DNA from: Klebsormidium nitens
Taxonomy: Eukaryota; Plantae; Klebsormidiophyceae
NCBI GenBank assembly: GCA_000708835.1
Contig: DF236991.1
Location: 186,001 to 250,000, forward strand
Direction: 5' to 3'
DNA: 64,000 bases
Below are positions 24,801 through 37,400 of this stretch, piece by piece; within the stretch, counting starts at the first letter, position 1; every line of letters begins with the position of its first letter. The notes under the pieces were generated by a model. It saw only the letters and a list, made by a program, of their open reading frames with translations. It made no database searches and had not been told where the DNA came from. A program made the translations under genes and the position numbers.

Positions 24801-27800
24801 CAGACGCAGCGGGCGCGAGGGGAGACTGGTCGTGCATTTAGCACCGGGCCAAAGCGCGCCCACCTGCGCCAAGAGTTGCTTTGGTCTTTCGGTCTATGTT
24901 TTCGGTAGTAATCACCACTTTGGGTAAGATATAACAGATTCTTTTCTTTCTTGAAGAGGGGTGGACAGCAATGATGGTTCGTAAGTAGTGTAGCGGGCGG
25001 AGGGGAGACTAGTCGTGCATTTGGCGCCGGGCCAAAGGGCGCCGACCTGCAATGCAGACTCTATTAAATCAGCCCTTTTGATAGGTAGCTTGTAGCAATT
25101 TCAAGGAATGTCTTACATTCGGTCGCTCTCAAGATGACTGAAGCGGGTATACTGGTCCAAAGATCCTGAATCAGAAGAGAGGCTCGTTCACGGAATCTAA
25201 TTTTGGTGCCAGGCCAGAGCGCCCCAATCTATACGCAGGTTTGCATGGTGAAAATCCAGTGGGAATCAACAATCCTCGACGAATCTTTGAGCAGGTTGTT
25301 GTTCTCCTGAAAAATGACGAAAGTACTGGGGGGTAAACTGGGGGGTAAGCAGCAGTGTAGCGGATTACGAGGGGACACTGCTCAAAACTTTACGCAGACC
25401 AAATCGCAGCCAGTCACGAAACAGAATCAACATAGACTTGGCACGCAGCTCCAATCGTTTCAAAGTTTGGCATCCTTTGACTTTGACATAGTAAGCTGTT
25501 GAAACATCGCGAACGCACGCGCTCGCTTGGTCTCGTACCGCTTGACCTCATAACAGCATCTTGTGGACAAACAAGAAAACAATGCCAGGCGTTCTCAACG
25601 CAATACTTTAGAGTCGATCTGTCACCTGGTCCTGCCATCCGCCTCCCGTGCCATCAATTGCTCCAACACCAGCACCTTGTGCGGGACTCTTAGTTGGAGT
25701 CGATCTCCCACAAAGATCAAACTCTCAGTGACCTTACAAGCTCGAAAGAATCCAAGAATTCAAAGGCGAGAAATAACAGATTCGAGTTTTCACCTGGTCC
25801 TGCCATCCGCCTCCCGTGCCCATCAATTGCTCCAACACGAGCACCTTGTGCGAGACGTCTTCGTTGGAGTCGGACGCCCCTTGCGCGCGCAGCAGGCCCC
25901 TCACGAGGGCCGCCGCGAGTATGCTGGAGGTCCCCAGCCCGCTGCCACGTGGCACGTCCGCCCACGTTGAGATGCGCAGGCCGCGCTCAGGTCCTGATGA
26001 AACGACGAGATTCTGATACTTCAGGATTTTTGTAATCCTTGTACTTCTTGGTGCTTTGATCTGGCGTCTTTAAAGAGTAATAACCCCCAACACACGGCTG
26101 GAGGTCGAATTCTAAAGGGCCCACGACCACTGCCACTTGGCACTTCCATACGCGTCGAGATGCGCAGGCTGCGCTCAGGCCCTGCAGATTGTGGTGGTTC
26201 TGATTCTTGAGGGTCTTCACACCTCTTGATGGTAACGGTCTGCGGATCTCGTGAGGACTTCTTCACGAGATCTCGAGCCTTCCTGGGTTCGCGTTGGTGA
26301 GCGTACAGGCAGCTGTGATCAGAAGCTAGAAGTGGAATATGAAGAAGGACAAGTGAGGACAACTGGCCGACTTACAATTCCTCGCTGTATCTTTTCTGGG
26401 GCCAAGTTTTCCAAAATTGTCGTGCGAGGCAGCTGCTTCGGATTGTCGGTGCGCATGCAGACTTGAACCAGAGCGACTCTTGACATCAGCGTTTAGAGCA
26501 CTCCCGACTTTGATAATCTTTTGGAACACTGTTGTTGGAGGCCAAGAGAAGTGAAGAACTTTTCACAAGCACGGTTCGTACAGATCAAATCGAAAAGCTG
26601 ATGGAGACCCTTTTGTTAGACAACTTCAAAAAGAAGCGGATAGAACTTTGTTGCCATATATTTTACCATCCATCCAGTCAGCAATATTGAACGACTCGCT
26701 ATGTCTTCGAGTATCTCACCTAGTAGGTCCCTCGACCCAAACCCGGTCACTACCAGCGCCGCCTTGGCAACTGCAAACGGGTCGTCGATCGCCAGCGGAG
26801 CGTCAAGCAACGTCAAATCTTCGACTTTACACTCCCTACCCTCGTCATCTTGTATCGAAACACCCCCCCCTCCTGTCACTTCGACTTCCACCCCCACTGG
26901 CGGGCGGCCTTCCAAGTCTGCGGCGATGTTCAAAACCCTCCCCACGCGTTCCAGACTCCAGGGAGGAGTGTCACTCCACCCCCCTGCGATGTCCAATCTC
27001 ACCGGGAGCTCGACCCTATAAACTTCCCCCACCGGACCGAGGTGCCCGTTCACACCAGCCGGAGACTGTGTTAAAAGGCTCAGCGTGGCTTCTTGTAGGG
27101 CCAACCCCTGCTCCCGGATTCCGGGCCGCTGACCGGCTTCCGAATGATGCGGCAAATCATCCGGGGGGGTGCTTTCCGCAGCGATCCCGACCCCCGTCGC
27201 CGTTTCCGAAGCCACCGCCCGCCAAGCGTCCTCCTCCGCTTGATCTGCTTCTGCCACGTGTCCCCCTGCCCGCAGCAAATCCGCGCGCGCCATGTGCAGT
27301 CGGCTGCGAGGCACAGTGTAAATCGGCTCCCTGATGTTCGCTTCCAGCCTCTCGGCCAGCCCTGGCGCCCAATCAGATGCCAACACGTTCGCAAACGGTC
27401 GGCCGCTGGGCGCGTTCACACTGCTTTCCGGACTATCCGCAGACTGTGTGTTGAAACCCCACAAAATCTGCTCGCTGAGAGCTGCGACGTTCCGCTGAAG
27501 AAGCCCTTGTACATCCCGCTGCAAAATCCCGAGCGCCAGTTCCCCCCTTCCGATCCTGACCGTCCGATCAAGCGCCGCAAAGTCGATCCGACGGTGGATC
27601 TGCGCCAGGCTCAGCCGTTGGGCGCCCCTCCACTGCTGACGCGTTTCTGACGTCATTGCCCGACCAATGAACCAGGGGACCCAGTCTAAGACCGCCCCCC
27701 TCTCTTCGACCGGGTATAAGCTTGCATTCCAAAGGTTTCGCTCCTTGATTACTGGCGTCTGATCCGGAGGAGCGGGTTTGGAATCAATCTGCGTGCTTTT

Positions 27801-30800
27801 ATTTGCCGGCTGCCGGTCGCTACCGGCCACAGCCGACTGAGAATGAGTATCTTGGGCACCGTTATTCGCGGGCGAGCCGGATCCCGTTTCTAAAACGCCG
27901 ACGCTCCCGAAGCCGGGCCATAGCTCAGCTGAAGACACACCTCGCGCTTGCAACCAATCGCCCAACGGAACCCCGCAAAACGTCGCCTTGCTCGAACCCG
28001 GTTCCCGATAACCCTCCTTCGGATTATCGTCAACCCCGCAGCAAACCGTGACCTGGCTTCCCCCCAAGAGCGGCACCACCCAAACGCACAAATGACTGGG
28101 AATAGCTAGGGTTGATGACGTCTTGCTGAGGTGGGCGTGGTAAGTATCAAGCCCAAAGATGACGCAGCGAGAGCCGACGGTTGTCTGAGCGCCCAGCTTG
28201 CTATCGCAGATAAGGCCGCCATCTCCTATGGAGGCCATGACGTCGACGGTGCTGCCGATGACGACTGTGTTGAGGCCCACGTCACCCTGCAGAGCGGAAC
28301 CGGGACGGAATTCAGACCGGAACAAAACCACAAACGGCAGTGGACGAGATGCAACTTCGCTTTGAAGGCAGTCATGGCGGCCCTACAGAACTTCTGTGGT
28401 GAGCTTAGCAAGCGCCTGGGATGTTGAAAAAAGGCTTGCCGAAAAAGCTGATAGGATTGTTTCTGTAGACCATCTTTGAGCTGTTGAGGGAATCAAAAGC
28501 ATCTGTGGTTGATAGTTGGAGGTGGCACATGAACACTGGTGAGAGACAGATCGCAGGAGATAGGTGAAGGAGCTAGGGGCAAATTGTGCAAAGAGAGGGC
28601 TGCAACGAAGTCGAGAAGGTGAGATAACAGTTCCTATGATGTCGGAAATGGTCTGCAAACAATCCGAGACTTGAAAGCACTGAAGGCCGCCACTTACCCT
28701 GGCATTGCTGAGCTGGCGGTCCGCCATTGGCCAGCCGGATGCCAGATGTCCCAAACTTCGGACGTGTGTTTGAAGCGTGGAACGTAACTGGTAAACAACA
28801 GTCAACAATTTGCAGATATACAGAAGAATATCTGCGCTGTAATGGAGCGGCCACTTACCCTGACGTTGCTGAGCTGGCGGTCCGCCATTGGCCAGCCGGA
28901 CGCCAGGTGGTCTCAGACATGATCTCGAAGTCAAGTATCGCTAATAAACAGCCGGAAACAATCTGCAAATGTACAGAAGTTATACTCGCCGTATACTGGA
29001 GCCCCCACTCACCCAGACGTTGCTGAACTGGCGGTCCGCCATTGGCCAGCCGGATGCCAGATGGTCCAAAACTTCGGACGTGGTGCCAAAGCAGAAATTC
29101 GCTGATAAACAGCCGGAAGAGATTGGCAAGTATCAGACTAAAACTTGCCCTATGCAGGAGCCGTCACTCACCCTGACGTTGCTGAGCTGGCGGTCCGCCA
29201 TTGGCCAGCCGGATGCCAGGTGGTCCAAAACTTCGGACGTGGTTCCGAAGTGCAGGAACTCGAGCTCGGGCGCAAAGTGGTACCAGAGGCGGCTGCGGCC
29301 CAGGTATTCCGTCAAAAGCGGGCCTAACGGCCGAGACTGGAGCCAGGAATGTCTAGCCGGAACCCACGCACCTGCAAGAAGGGATGAGCGCAAAGGGATG
29401 AGCGTGCTTAGGTTGAGCTAATGTTCCAAGGTGGGGTTCGTGATTTCGAAGATGCTAGTGCATACTCTTGACGTTGCTCTGCAGAAACAATCTTCAGACC
29501 GCCAGGACAGATTTATTTTAGACCTGCAACTCGTCAATGGATCGCAGATGCCTAGACGGTCGGAATGGGCTGATGGAGCCGCCCTGTTCGCACGGTCGAC
29601 TTGTGCCTTGTTTCTAAAAACAAGACAATACAAAAGATGCTATTGGCACGCAGCGACACTACGAAGGCGTCCTCCCACTTGGCGCTCCAATTACAGACAG
29701 ACCGTATGATGAGCGGAGCGCCGCAGCAAATGTGTGACCCCGTGCCCTTCTTTTCGCTACCGGTCCTTAGTGGGACAGGTTCTCCGAAGCCCTCTACAAC
29801 GGTGTCATTGGACACCTGTTCCCTCATCCGCTCTACTTCGCTCCGAAGACCCCTGACACAGTAGCAGAAAAGCCTCTTCGATTATTTCCCGTATCTTCAA
29901 ACCAACCCTCACCCGCCATCTCCTCGTACAAGCTCATCTCCTCGCCCGACGTCAGCAACGCCTCCACTGGATTCGGCCGCAGCGCCATCAACGTCAGCAA
30001 GTCCCGCCACGCCCCCCCTTTCACCGCGAAAATGCCTGTGTCCAAAAGCGCAGCTCCACCCCCCACGAGCGCTCCCGCTTCTTCCAACTCTAGGGCGTTC
30101 GGCTTTTGAAGCAGATTTGTCACGAGACCTCTCGGCTCGACAGCTGGCGGCGCGTGACTGGCCGGCGCTCTTTCAAGGGGGTTTTTCAGGGGCTGCAAAG
30201 GCGGGGAAAGCTCCCCCCCGGCTGAGGAGGACTCAGCGGAGTAGTACGGCTTCGCCTGTTGGAGTGAGAGGAGGCTCGAGACGGACAGCGGTTGCACCAT
30301 ACGGGGGGGAGGGTACAGCGGCGGCTTGGACGTGTTTGCAGGCGACCGGGCAGCCCTCGGGGACTCTGGCTGGGTCGCCCTGTCAGCAATTTGCTCCAAT
30401 TGGGTCACGACGGGGGCCTCCGGAACAGTCGGAAGGGGCGGGGGCGACCGGCTGGAAAGTCTATATGTGCGGGGAGACGTGAACGGGTCAGACCCAGGGG
30501 GGGGCAAACGGTTCGGGGGGATAGGATCTTAGGCGACGAGCTTCGTTCTGCGGCATGGGGAGAGGGGGGGGGGCTGCTAAACAGGGGGTGCGCCGCGATT
30601 GGGGTCGGTTTCGCAATGGAAGCGATGGGGGGAAGGGACATGAGGTTGAGCGGTTTCACGCTCACGGGCGCTTGCGGGTCCAGAATGGAGTCAGAACTTC
30701 GATTCCTCTTCAAGTCGGACTGGTTTGCACTCGTTGGAGCTCGCTTTTCGTCGTTTCCTCCCCCCTGGTTTTGGGGCGATCTGGACCCCCCCTCGGAGAC

Positions 30801-32429
30801 CAAGACGCCGTGCCTGGAGGCGACGTCGAGCGAGGCTAGGGTGGTGACGATGCATGCACCGTCGTCCGGTGTGAACAGGAACTTTGAGTCGAAGATCGGC
30901 AGGACGTCCCCTGCAAGAGGGATAATTCACACTTCTCAATGCTTGCGCAGCCACTGCTGTGCACGACTTGCGAAAGTTACTTCACAAAAGTTGGTCGATC
31001 AAATGTTCGCTCTAGAGGGAGATTTTGCAGTCAAATTACAGCCGATGCAAGCTTTTCGAACTCAATGCTACCTTCAAGGAAGGCACATACGGCCCTAACA
31101 CGTTGACTCGTACTTCTTCGATCATTGTCAAGGAATGGTTGAGTAGGTGTAAACGGAGTCAAGAACAGAGGCCGTAAATCGCCGCAGTGTATGCAGAAGG
31201 CTGAGTCACCTTTTGCTCTGGGTCTTCAGCCCAATCGAAACAGCTCTCGAGACCCTTCCGAGACCGAAGACCTTATTGCACAGGACTAGAAAATTACACA
31301 AACGAGGGAAGGACCGATAGTCGAAGCACCCTCGTCGATCCTATTCTATGGTCCCATCATGGGTGACCTTTGATCGAGCATAACAGATCAAATCTCTTCA
31401 CCTGTGCTCCTACCTCTTGAGACTCGTTTCGAAGGTGGCAAAATCTCCACACCCGTTCCCAAACGTTGGCAACAACCCATAAGACGATGTGCAGACTATA
31501 TGCAGACCATCAACTAAGCCGCCGATTGGTCAGCTTGTTGCAGGTCAAAGTGTGCCTCACCTGTCATTATAAGCACTCCCCCTCCCTGCATAGCCCCTAG
31601 CGCTGGAGCGGCCACTGCCAGAATATGGTCGAACAGTGTGGGAACCGGCTCGTCGCTGTCCCTCGCCACCAGGAACGGCAGCGGAATGAACGGTTTCCCG
31701 ATTGGGTTTGCCCACGGAACCCGCTTCGAGTCGCCCCCCCCATGGACGAGCAAAACCCTGAACCCCGCCAAAACCTCGAGCGCACCCTCGATCCGCGGGT
31801 CTACAATTCCACTGACAGGCACCCCCCCCGTCTCGCCAACGGTTTCAGTTCCTGTGGGAGTCGCACCCCCACTGCTTTGGGATTGACCAACACTTTTCCG
31901 GTGTGAAGGAGCTGGGTTATCAATTTGGCTGCTTAGTTGGTCTGCCAAAACTCTGAGGGCTGAGAGCGTCGCACCTCCGGAGCCAATCCGCTTGCCCTGG
32001 GGGTCAGGAACGGCGAGCACGAGGGTGCCCTCCGCAATGCGACCGAAGTAGCGGGCCGCCTCTAGTTGCTGCTGATACAGGGCGGCCTGTGGGAAGATAC
32101 CAAAGGGACATTAGCCTGACTATTGCTAAAAAGTGGCATATGTCCAGACGCTGCAGATGACATGTTCATTCTTTTACAGCATTTATGTGCACTTTGGCTT
32201 CAACATGGTTCCGAAATCTACATGACATACGGAATTGCCTGGTGAAGGTGTGACACCAGTCTTCTTTTTGAAAGCAGAGAACTAGACATGGGGGCGAGAA
32301 CTACCTGTGCATTGCTGGCGGCCGTCACCAGAATGGCGTCCCAGGATGGGAACCTGAGGGGTGCTCGTTCAGCCAGTCGTAGATGTTCCCACGCCTGAGA
32401 AAGCAGCCGGGCGGAAGCACCTTTGGCAT
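21884..32429 (-). CDS. FKGP: Bifunctional L-fucokinase / GDP-L-fucose pyrophosphorylase; start exon not located; apparent 1-nt frameshift in one exon
   Basis: Exons 32429-32305 (AWEHLRLAER..PSWDAILVTAAS), 32086-31561 (LAVPDPQGKRIGSGGATL...HGGGDSKRVPWANPIGKPF..LFDHILA..GGVLIMTG), 30910-29913 (DVLPIFD..RHGV...NLLQKP..LLDTGI..EMSLYEEMA), 29371-29172 (WVPARHSWLQSRPLG..FLHFGTTSEVLDHL), 28286-26720 (..VELPVRLDIAGGWSDTPPWSLER..), 25993-25794 (VPRGSGLGTSSILAAA..LEQLMGTGGGWQDQ), 24863-24682, 22977-22801 (LHQELDPHCSN) and 22052-21884 (KLLGAGGGGF..HSWSLG-stop). Colinear with plant FKGP and carries the GHMP kinase motifs. Confidence 0.95.
23840..24745 (-). repeat. Six tandem echoes of the 3' end plus donor of FKGP exon 24863-24682
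   Basis: Plus-strand motif ttctcacctgcccaccaccttctgcaacacgttcctggccagccg at about 23842, 23958, 24106, 24266, 24416, 24538 and the true junction at about 24675. Every copy keeps CAG|GTGA on the minus strand. Confidence 0.95.
24990..25056 (-). repeat. Echo of the acceptor plus first 15 codons of FKGP exon 24863
   Basis: gcag|GTC GGC GCC CTT TGG CCC GGC GCC AAA TGC ACG ACT AGT CTC CCC versus true gcag|GTG GGC GCG CTT TGG CCC GGT GCT AAA TGC ACG ACC AGT CTC CCC. Confidence 0.9.
25620..26195 (-). repeat. Echoes flanking FKGP exon 25993-25794 on both sides (donor copy 25621-25690, acceptor copy about 26125-26190)
   Basis: cacctggtcctgccatccgcctcccgtgcc(c)atcaattgctccaacac occurs at 25623 and 25791. 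gagatgcgcaggc.gcgctcagg.cctg occurs at about 25969 and 26157. Confidence 0.88.
28690..29235 (-). repeat. Three tandem echoes of the 3' end plus donor of FKGP exon 29371-29172
   Basis: Motif t(a/c)accc..gacgttgctgagctggcggtccgccattggccagccgga with donor G at 28697, 28858, 29012 and 29171 (true). Period about 160 bp. Confidence 0.93.
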
Positions 32430-34450
32430 CTGAAGGGGGAAAGGAAGCCTGAGTTGCTGTTTGTAAGGCAGAAAAGAAGGTCCTGCAGGGGTTGACTCTA
32501 CCAGAAGCACCCGGGAGTACGGCGGTGGCTCTTGGGCCACACTGAGTTAGATCAGTAGACGGCAAGGATGGAATGATTTGGGATGTATTACAACGGCAGA
32601 GCACCTTGTCAATGCACATTGTAAAATGCCACGGTTTGAAAGCCACTGTTGTTCTTCTTCTCCTCCCAGCCCCACCCAATGTTGGTGTGATTGTCGCAAA
32701 CTCTCTCCAAGGAATGTCTTGAAAGTGATTACTGATGGTGGTATGGCACAATTCACGGGCCCTGTAACACTGCGTGGGTGGGTTTCACAGAACAGATTCA
32801 CAACAGAAAGGCTGGTTGAAAATTTTCTAGAGTCAACTTTCCAAGGAATTGCTCCAAATGTGCCGCAGTGCCGGCATTGTTCATACAAGTCCATGACGAT
32901 GGGCGAATATCCTACCAGAGAAAGGCTGAGAGGAACAATGCTGGAGTACTCTGTCAACAGCTCCTACAATATTGTTGCAGTGCCAGCGTTGTTCAGAAAA
33001 GCAACGGTGATGCTCCGAGGGCGGTTCATTCAATAAAGTTGCTGAGAAAAACACCGCTTGGGAGTTTCGCCCAACAGTTGCTGATACGCCCCAGTGCCAG
33101 CATTGTTCAACAAATTACGATGTTTGTTGAACCTGTGAAAAGCAAATCAAACCGCTGGGAATCATAAGGCTTGGTTTGTGAAGGTGCCGACAAAGCGCGA
33201 CAAAGTCTCAGTCTTGAGAAGACTGTGAGAAACTGTAGAGATTCGAGCTTAAGTCTGGCGGTATACATTTTGTCCACCTTCTTTTTTGGTGCCACCAAAG
33301 GTTAGGACTTTTGTCCTGTCTTGTCAGAAGAAGTCTGCCGCGACTTTGGCACCAAATGTTGGTTTCCAGGTTGCTATTGCAGCTACTACATTACTTGGCA
33401 ACCATGAAGGGCATGACCATACTTGCTTCAGAAGCTCAGCAAAATGGAATAGCAAGTTCGCGGGCCTTGAGACTCCAACAAGGAAGCAAGTAGAGTAACA
33501 CAATGCAGCGACATAGCTGGGGTGCAAACAGCACAAGGATGCAACGGGGCATGCTCACCAGAGCCGTAGTCTCCCATTGGCAATGTCTTTACAAGAAAAG
33601 CTCGGGTATGGCTTGCATGGATGTCATTGCACCTTCGCTGCAAATATTCCAGATTCACTGTCTCTTGTACGGTAGGCACAACTTTTTAGCGCCATGCCGC
33701 AAAGAGCTCCTTCCTTGCTTCACAGCTTTCACCCTAGACATTTAAGGACAAAGCAATGTATTCATTGGGTTCATTCATGCAACTGTCAGGACTACTTTAA
33801 TACCACGTTCCTAAAATCTCAAGAGATTTGCGATTTCTTTCCCGCTGCCTCAAAACTGATTGTCTCCCGGGGCCGGACTGCATTCCGGAGATTCTCCCGC
33901 GAGGAGCGGAAAGTTGTTTGCCCGGGAAACGGTGACCGACGTACGCTCTCGTGACACTAAGTTTTGCATGGTCGCCAAAAGATGAAAATTATCTTGTGGA
34001 AGATCCTGTGATTCTGCTTTGAACAGTGCTTGCCAGATTTCAGCAGAGATTTCCATTTTCTGGCTCCAATGAATGCGGAGAGGATCTGAGAATCCACTAG
34101 CCTTGGCCCTGGGTCTTTCAGCTGCTTGTATGGACGTTTTGCCCAAGAAGCTTTCTCTCTTCAACTCATCTGAAAGAAAGTCTTGCATACGAAAAGGTTG
34201 TCAAGGTTCTCTATCCTAGCTTAGCGCTAAACATTCATGGTGCACCACCATCGATCGCCCCAGTTTGTGAAAAATAGCATACAAATGGTTCTGCCAAACA
34301 TAACTTACCTGCTCAGTGTGCTCATGAGCATCCTAGCCAAGCCGCTTTAGAAGTCCACAAGATGTTCTGAGCTCTGCCTTGCGTGGAGGCGGCCAGTACT
34401 TGACCACAGCTACGAAAAGAAGCTTCATTCACTGCAGGGGATCTCTGGAA

Positions 34451-37400
34451 ATGTGTGGCATTGCATTTGTTCTGAAATATGCGCACGTCCGGTGCTCGGC
34501 CTGCGGTGCTGCCTTTTTGAGCTATCAGGAGGAATGTGACCATGGGCGACTTGGCGAAGACACTGATGATGTAAGCGAAGAGGAGTCAAGAGCGTCAATT
34601 GGCCTTGAAGGGGCGCAAAGAAGCGATGGTGAGACAAGGGAGGTGAGTTTGTGTTCTCGTGGTGACTTCTGATAGGCCCTCGATCTGTTGACGTGAATTC
34701 TAATTTGTTGAGGTGTCGTAATGCTTCTAAGGCGTGCTGTATGGCAAATGAAGCTTAGTGTACTCTTTTTCACAATTACATAGTTTGCGTAATATTACAG
34801 TTTGCAGAAGCTTCCATCGATGAAAACCAGAAAGATCATGTGTTGTGGACTGAACATTCGTCCTTAGAAATCTCTCTGGATGAGAAAGAAAGATAGCTGA
34901 AGCCATGAGTTCTTCAAACTGGTGGTCACGAGTCAAAACCTAGAGTCACAAGCTGTGGGACATATCCAGCTTTCTGCTCATCCTAGCTGTCCACGACAGT
35001 AGCCAAACTGCTATAAAGTTCACATCCACTGTGGTCCCCCTTCTTCGAGTTACTTCTAACGGATTCTGTTTAATCTAATAGGCCAGAGCCCTGTCAGGAA
35101 AAGCAGGGCCAGTCCTTTCACCTGGGGACTTGCATGCTTGCTTTTAGCGGTGGACCAATGAAACTCAGCCAAAGCGGTGCTGGCTTCCAATGATTAAACC
35201 TAAACTTAGACTCTTTTCCCACTTTCGACTGTCTATATTGCTGCGCATTCTATTCAACTGTGAGCAGCCTAAACCTGGCAGGCTTGCCTCTGCAGGCCGC
35301 CTGTAATATTGGCCCCTCAATCGAGGATCTGGCACAGGAGCTTCAGAGGAGGGGCCCAGATGGAGTGTGCCACCTCAGCATCCCTCTCGCTGACGTCAGC
35401 ACCTCCACACCCGGTGGTACGACCAAGCCCAGCGACTCAACACTCCATTTCATAGGGGCGGAGTTGCAGCTGCGGGGGGCGGAAGTTGTGAGCCAACCCC
35501 TGGAGGACGGGTGTGGGAACGTGCTTGTGTTCAACGGTGAGGGATCAAAAAAAGTGATCCAGCTGAGTGCAATGTTATCCCAGTGCGGCGTTGGCTGATT
35601 GAATGAAAGAGCAGATCCGAAATGTGTCAAGCATTCCCAACTGCATCACACAAGGAATAGAAAGTAGCCCTTCCCTGTGATATGAAGAACGTTCCCGAAA
35701 AATCCTCATGTCTTTACAGACTCGCATGACAGCTTTCCCTCGAGGGGAAAGGAATGCTTCTTTTTCAGTACGAATGTTTTGGTACCCGGGAACCGTTAAT
35801 TGCAAGCAATCTAGCGGCTGGGCCAAAGTATAACAGCGCGGTTCGTCAGAGGCTAATGCAGCGTCTGACATCATACAAAGGGGTCCTGTGGTTTAAAAAT
35901 CCTTCTATGAAGTGGATATGCGTTGACTTTCGATTCATCATCTGTTACGTTCACGGTTCAGATGGGACCGACCAGTTTACAATACCTCCAAAACCTTCGC
36001 AGGCGAGATCTTTGGCGGTCTTCACGTGGCCCCGAACGAGAACGACGGACAGAAGCTGCTCGAGGCGCTGCGGGTTGCCTGTGCTTGCCCCCCTACTGAC
36101 GTCACGAACCCGCTCAGTGACGTCACCACCCCTTCCCTTGATGCCAGCCCCCCTCTCAATGACCCCAGCAATGGCGAATACTCGGGTTCGGAACCAGGGG
36201 CGAAGTGCTCCCAATGTCATCGACCGCCCGTTGTCCGCATTCTGTCCGAACTGAGAGGCCCCTGGGCGTTGGCGTACTGGCAGGCGGCAATTCGAACGCT
36301 TTGGTACGGGCGGGACTTCGTCGGACGGCGCAGCCTGGTCGCGCATCTACCGGACGAACTAGACGGGCGGTTCATCGTGTCATCTGTTGCGGTTACGAAG
36401 AGACGTTCGGTGGAGTCTGTTGTAGAGAACGGTCAAGAGCTTGTGAACGAGTTTGATGAGGGGTTAAGCGACTTGAAACTGAAGGAAGAAGTCAGCGGGG
36501 GAGAGTCCTTCATAAACGAGGAAGGAACAAGCCGTTTAAGCGCAGTGCAGGCAGGCGCGATTGATCCCAGCTCCAAGTGTCCGACTGCGACGACCGACGG
36601 AAGTGACGAGAAACTCCAGCGGCAGGCAAACGTAGATTTGGAAGCCGGACGGTTTTCAGTCGCCGATGATCTGGGAAAGGAACGGAATGGAAACGGAAGG
36701 GAAAGCGGGAGAGACGCGTCCGGTGCCGGGAGGGGCGGCCCGGAAGAGGAGGCCCTGTTCGACTTCTGGGTGGACGTTCCGGCTGGCGTTCACAGCTACC
36801 GGCCCGAAAACGGGGCCCACGCCAGGCACGCCTGGTCGGACCCCCAAGTGGCGCGGCTGTCCCGGTGGCGGAGGGACCGGGTTGAGCCGCCGGATGACGT
36901 CAGCGGGTGTGCTGACGTCAGTTATGAAATTTGCGGTGGCGCCGGGAGAAAGTCGGAAGCCGCAGAAGGGGCTGGACGGGCGGAGCTCGCAAACGGAAGC
37001 GGAAGGGAGCAGCACACGGACGGTGAGGAAAGGGTGCGATCAGAAGAAGCAATGGCAAATGGGGACTCCGCTGAGGGGAGTTCGGAGGTTGAAAGATCAG
37101 ATCGAGGCAATGTAGTAGAAATTGCTGTCGGAGGGGGGTTCCGGACAGTGGCAGAAAGGGGCCCGGAAGGGGAGGTGGTAGAAAGAGGGGCTGAGAGATG
37201 GGGAGGGGGCGTGGGAGAGGGGTTGCCAAAAGATGGGCAGCAAGGGGGAGGGGCAGAAGCACGCCAGTGGAGAGGGGCGGCAGACACTTGCAAACAGCGT
37301 GGGGTTAAACCGAAGCACGATGAGTTCGAAGATGCGGTGGAACGGCTATTGGAGGCGCTCAGCCAGGCGGTCGCAAAGCGAGTCACCGGTATCCGGAAAC

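Noticed and set aside
32547-34188. ORFs 32578-33036 (+) and 33850-34188 (-) as independent genes or FKGP exon 1
   Set aside because: No recognisable homology and no splice-phase support that I could establish.
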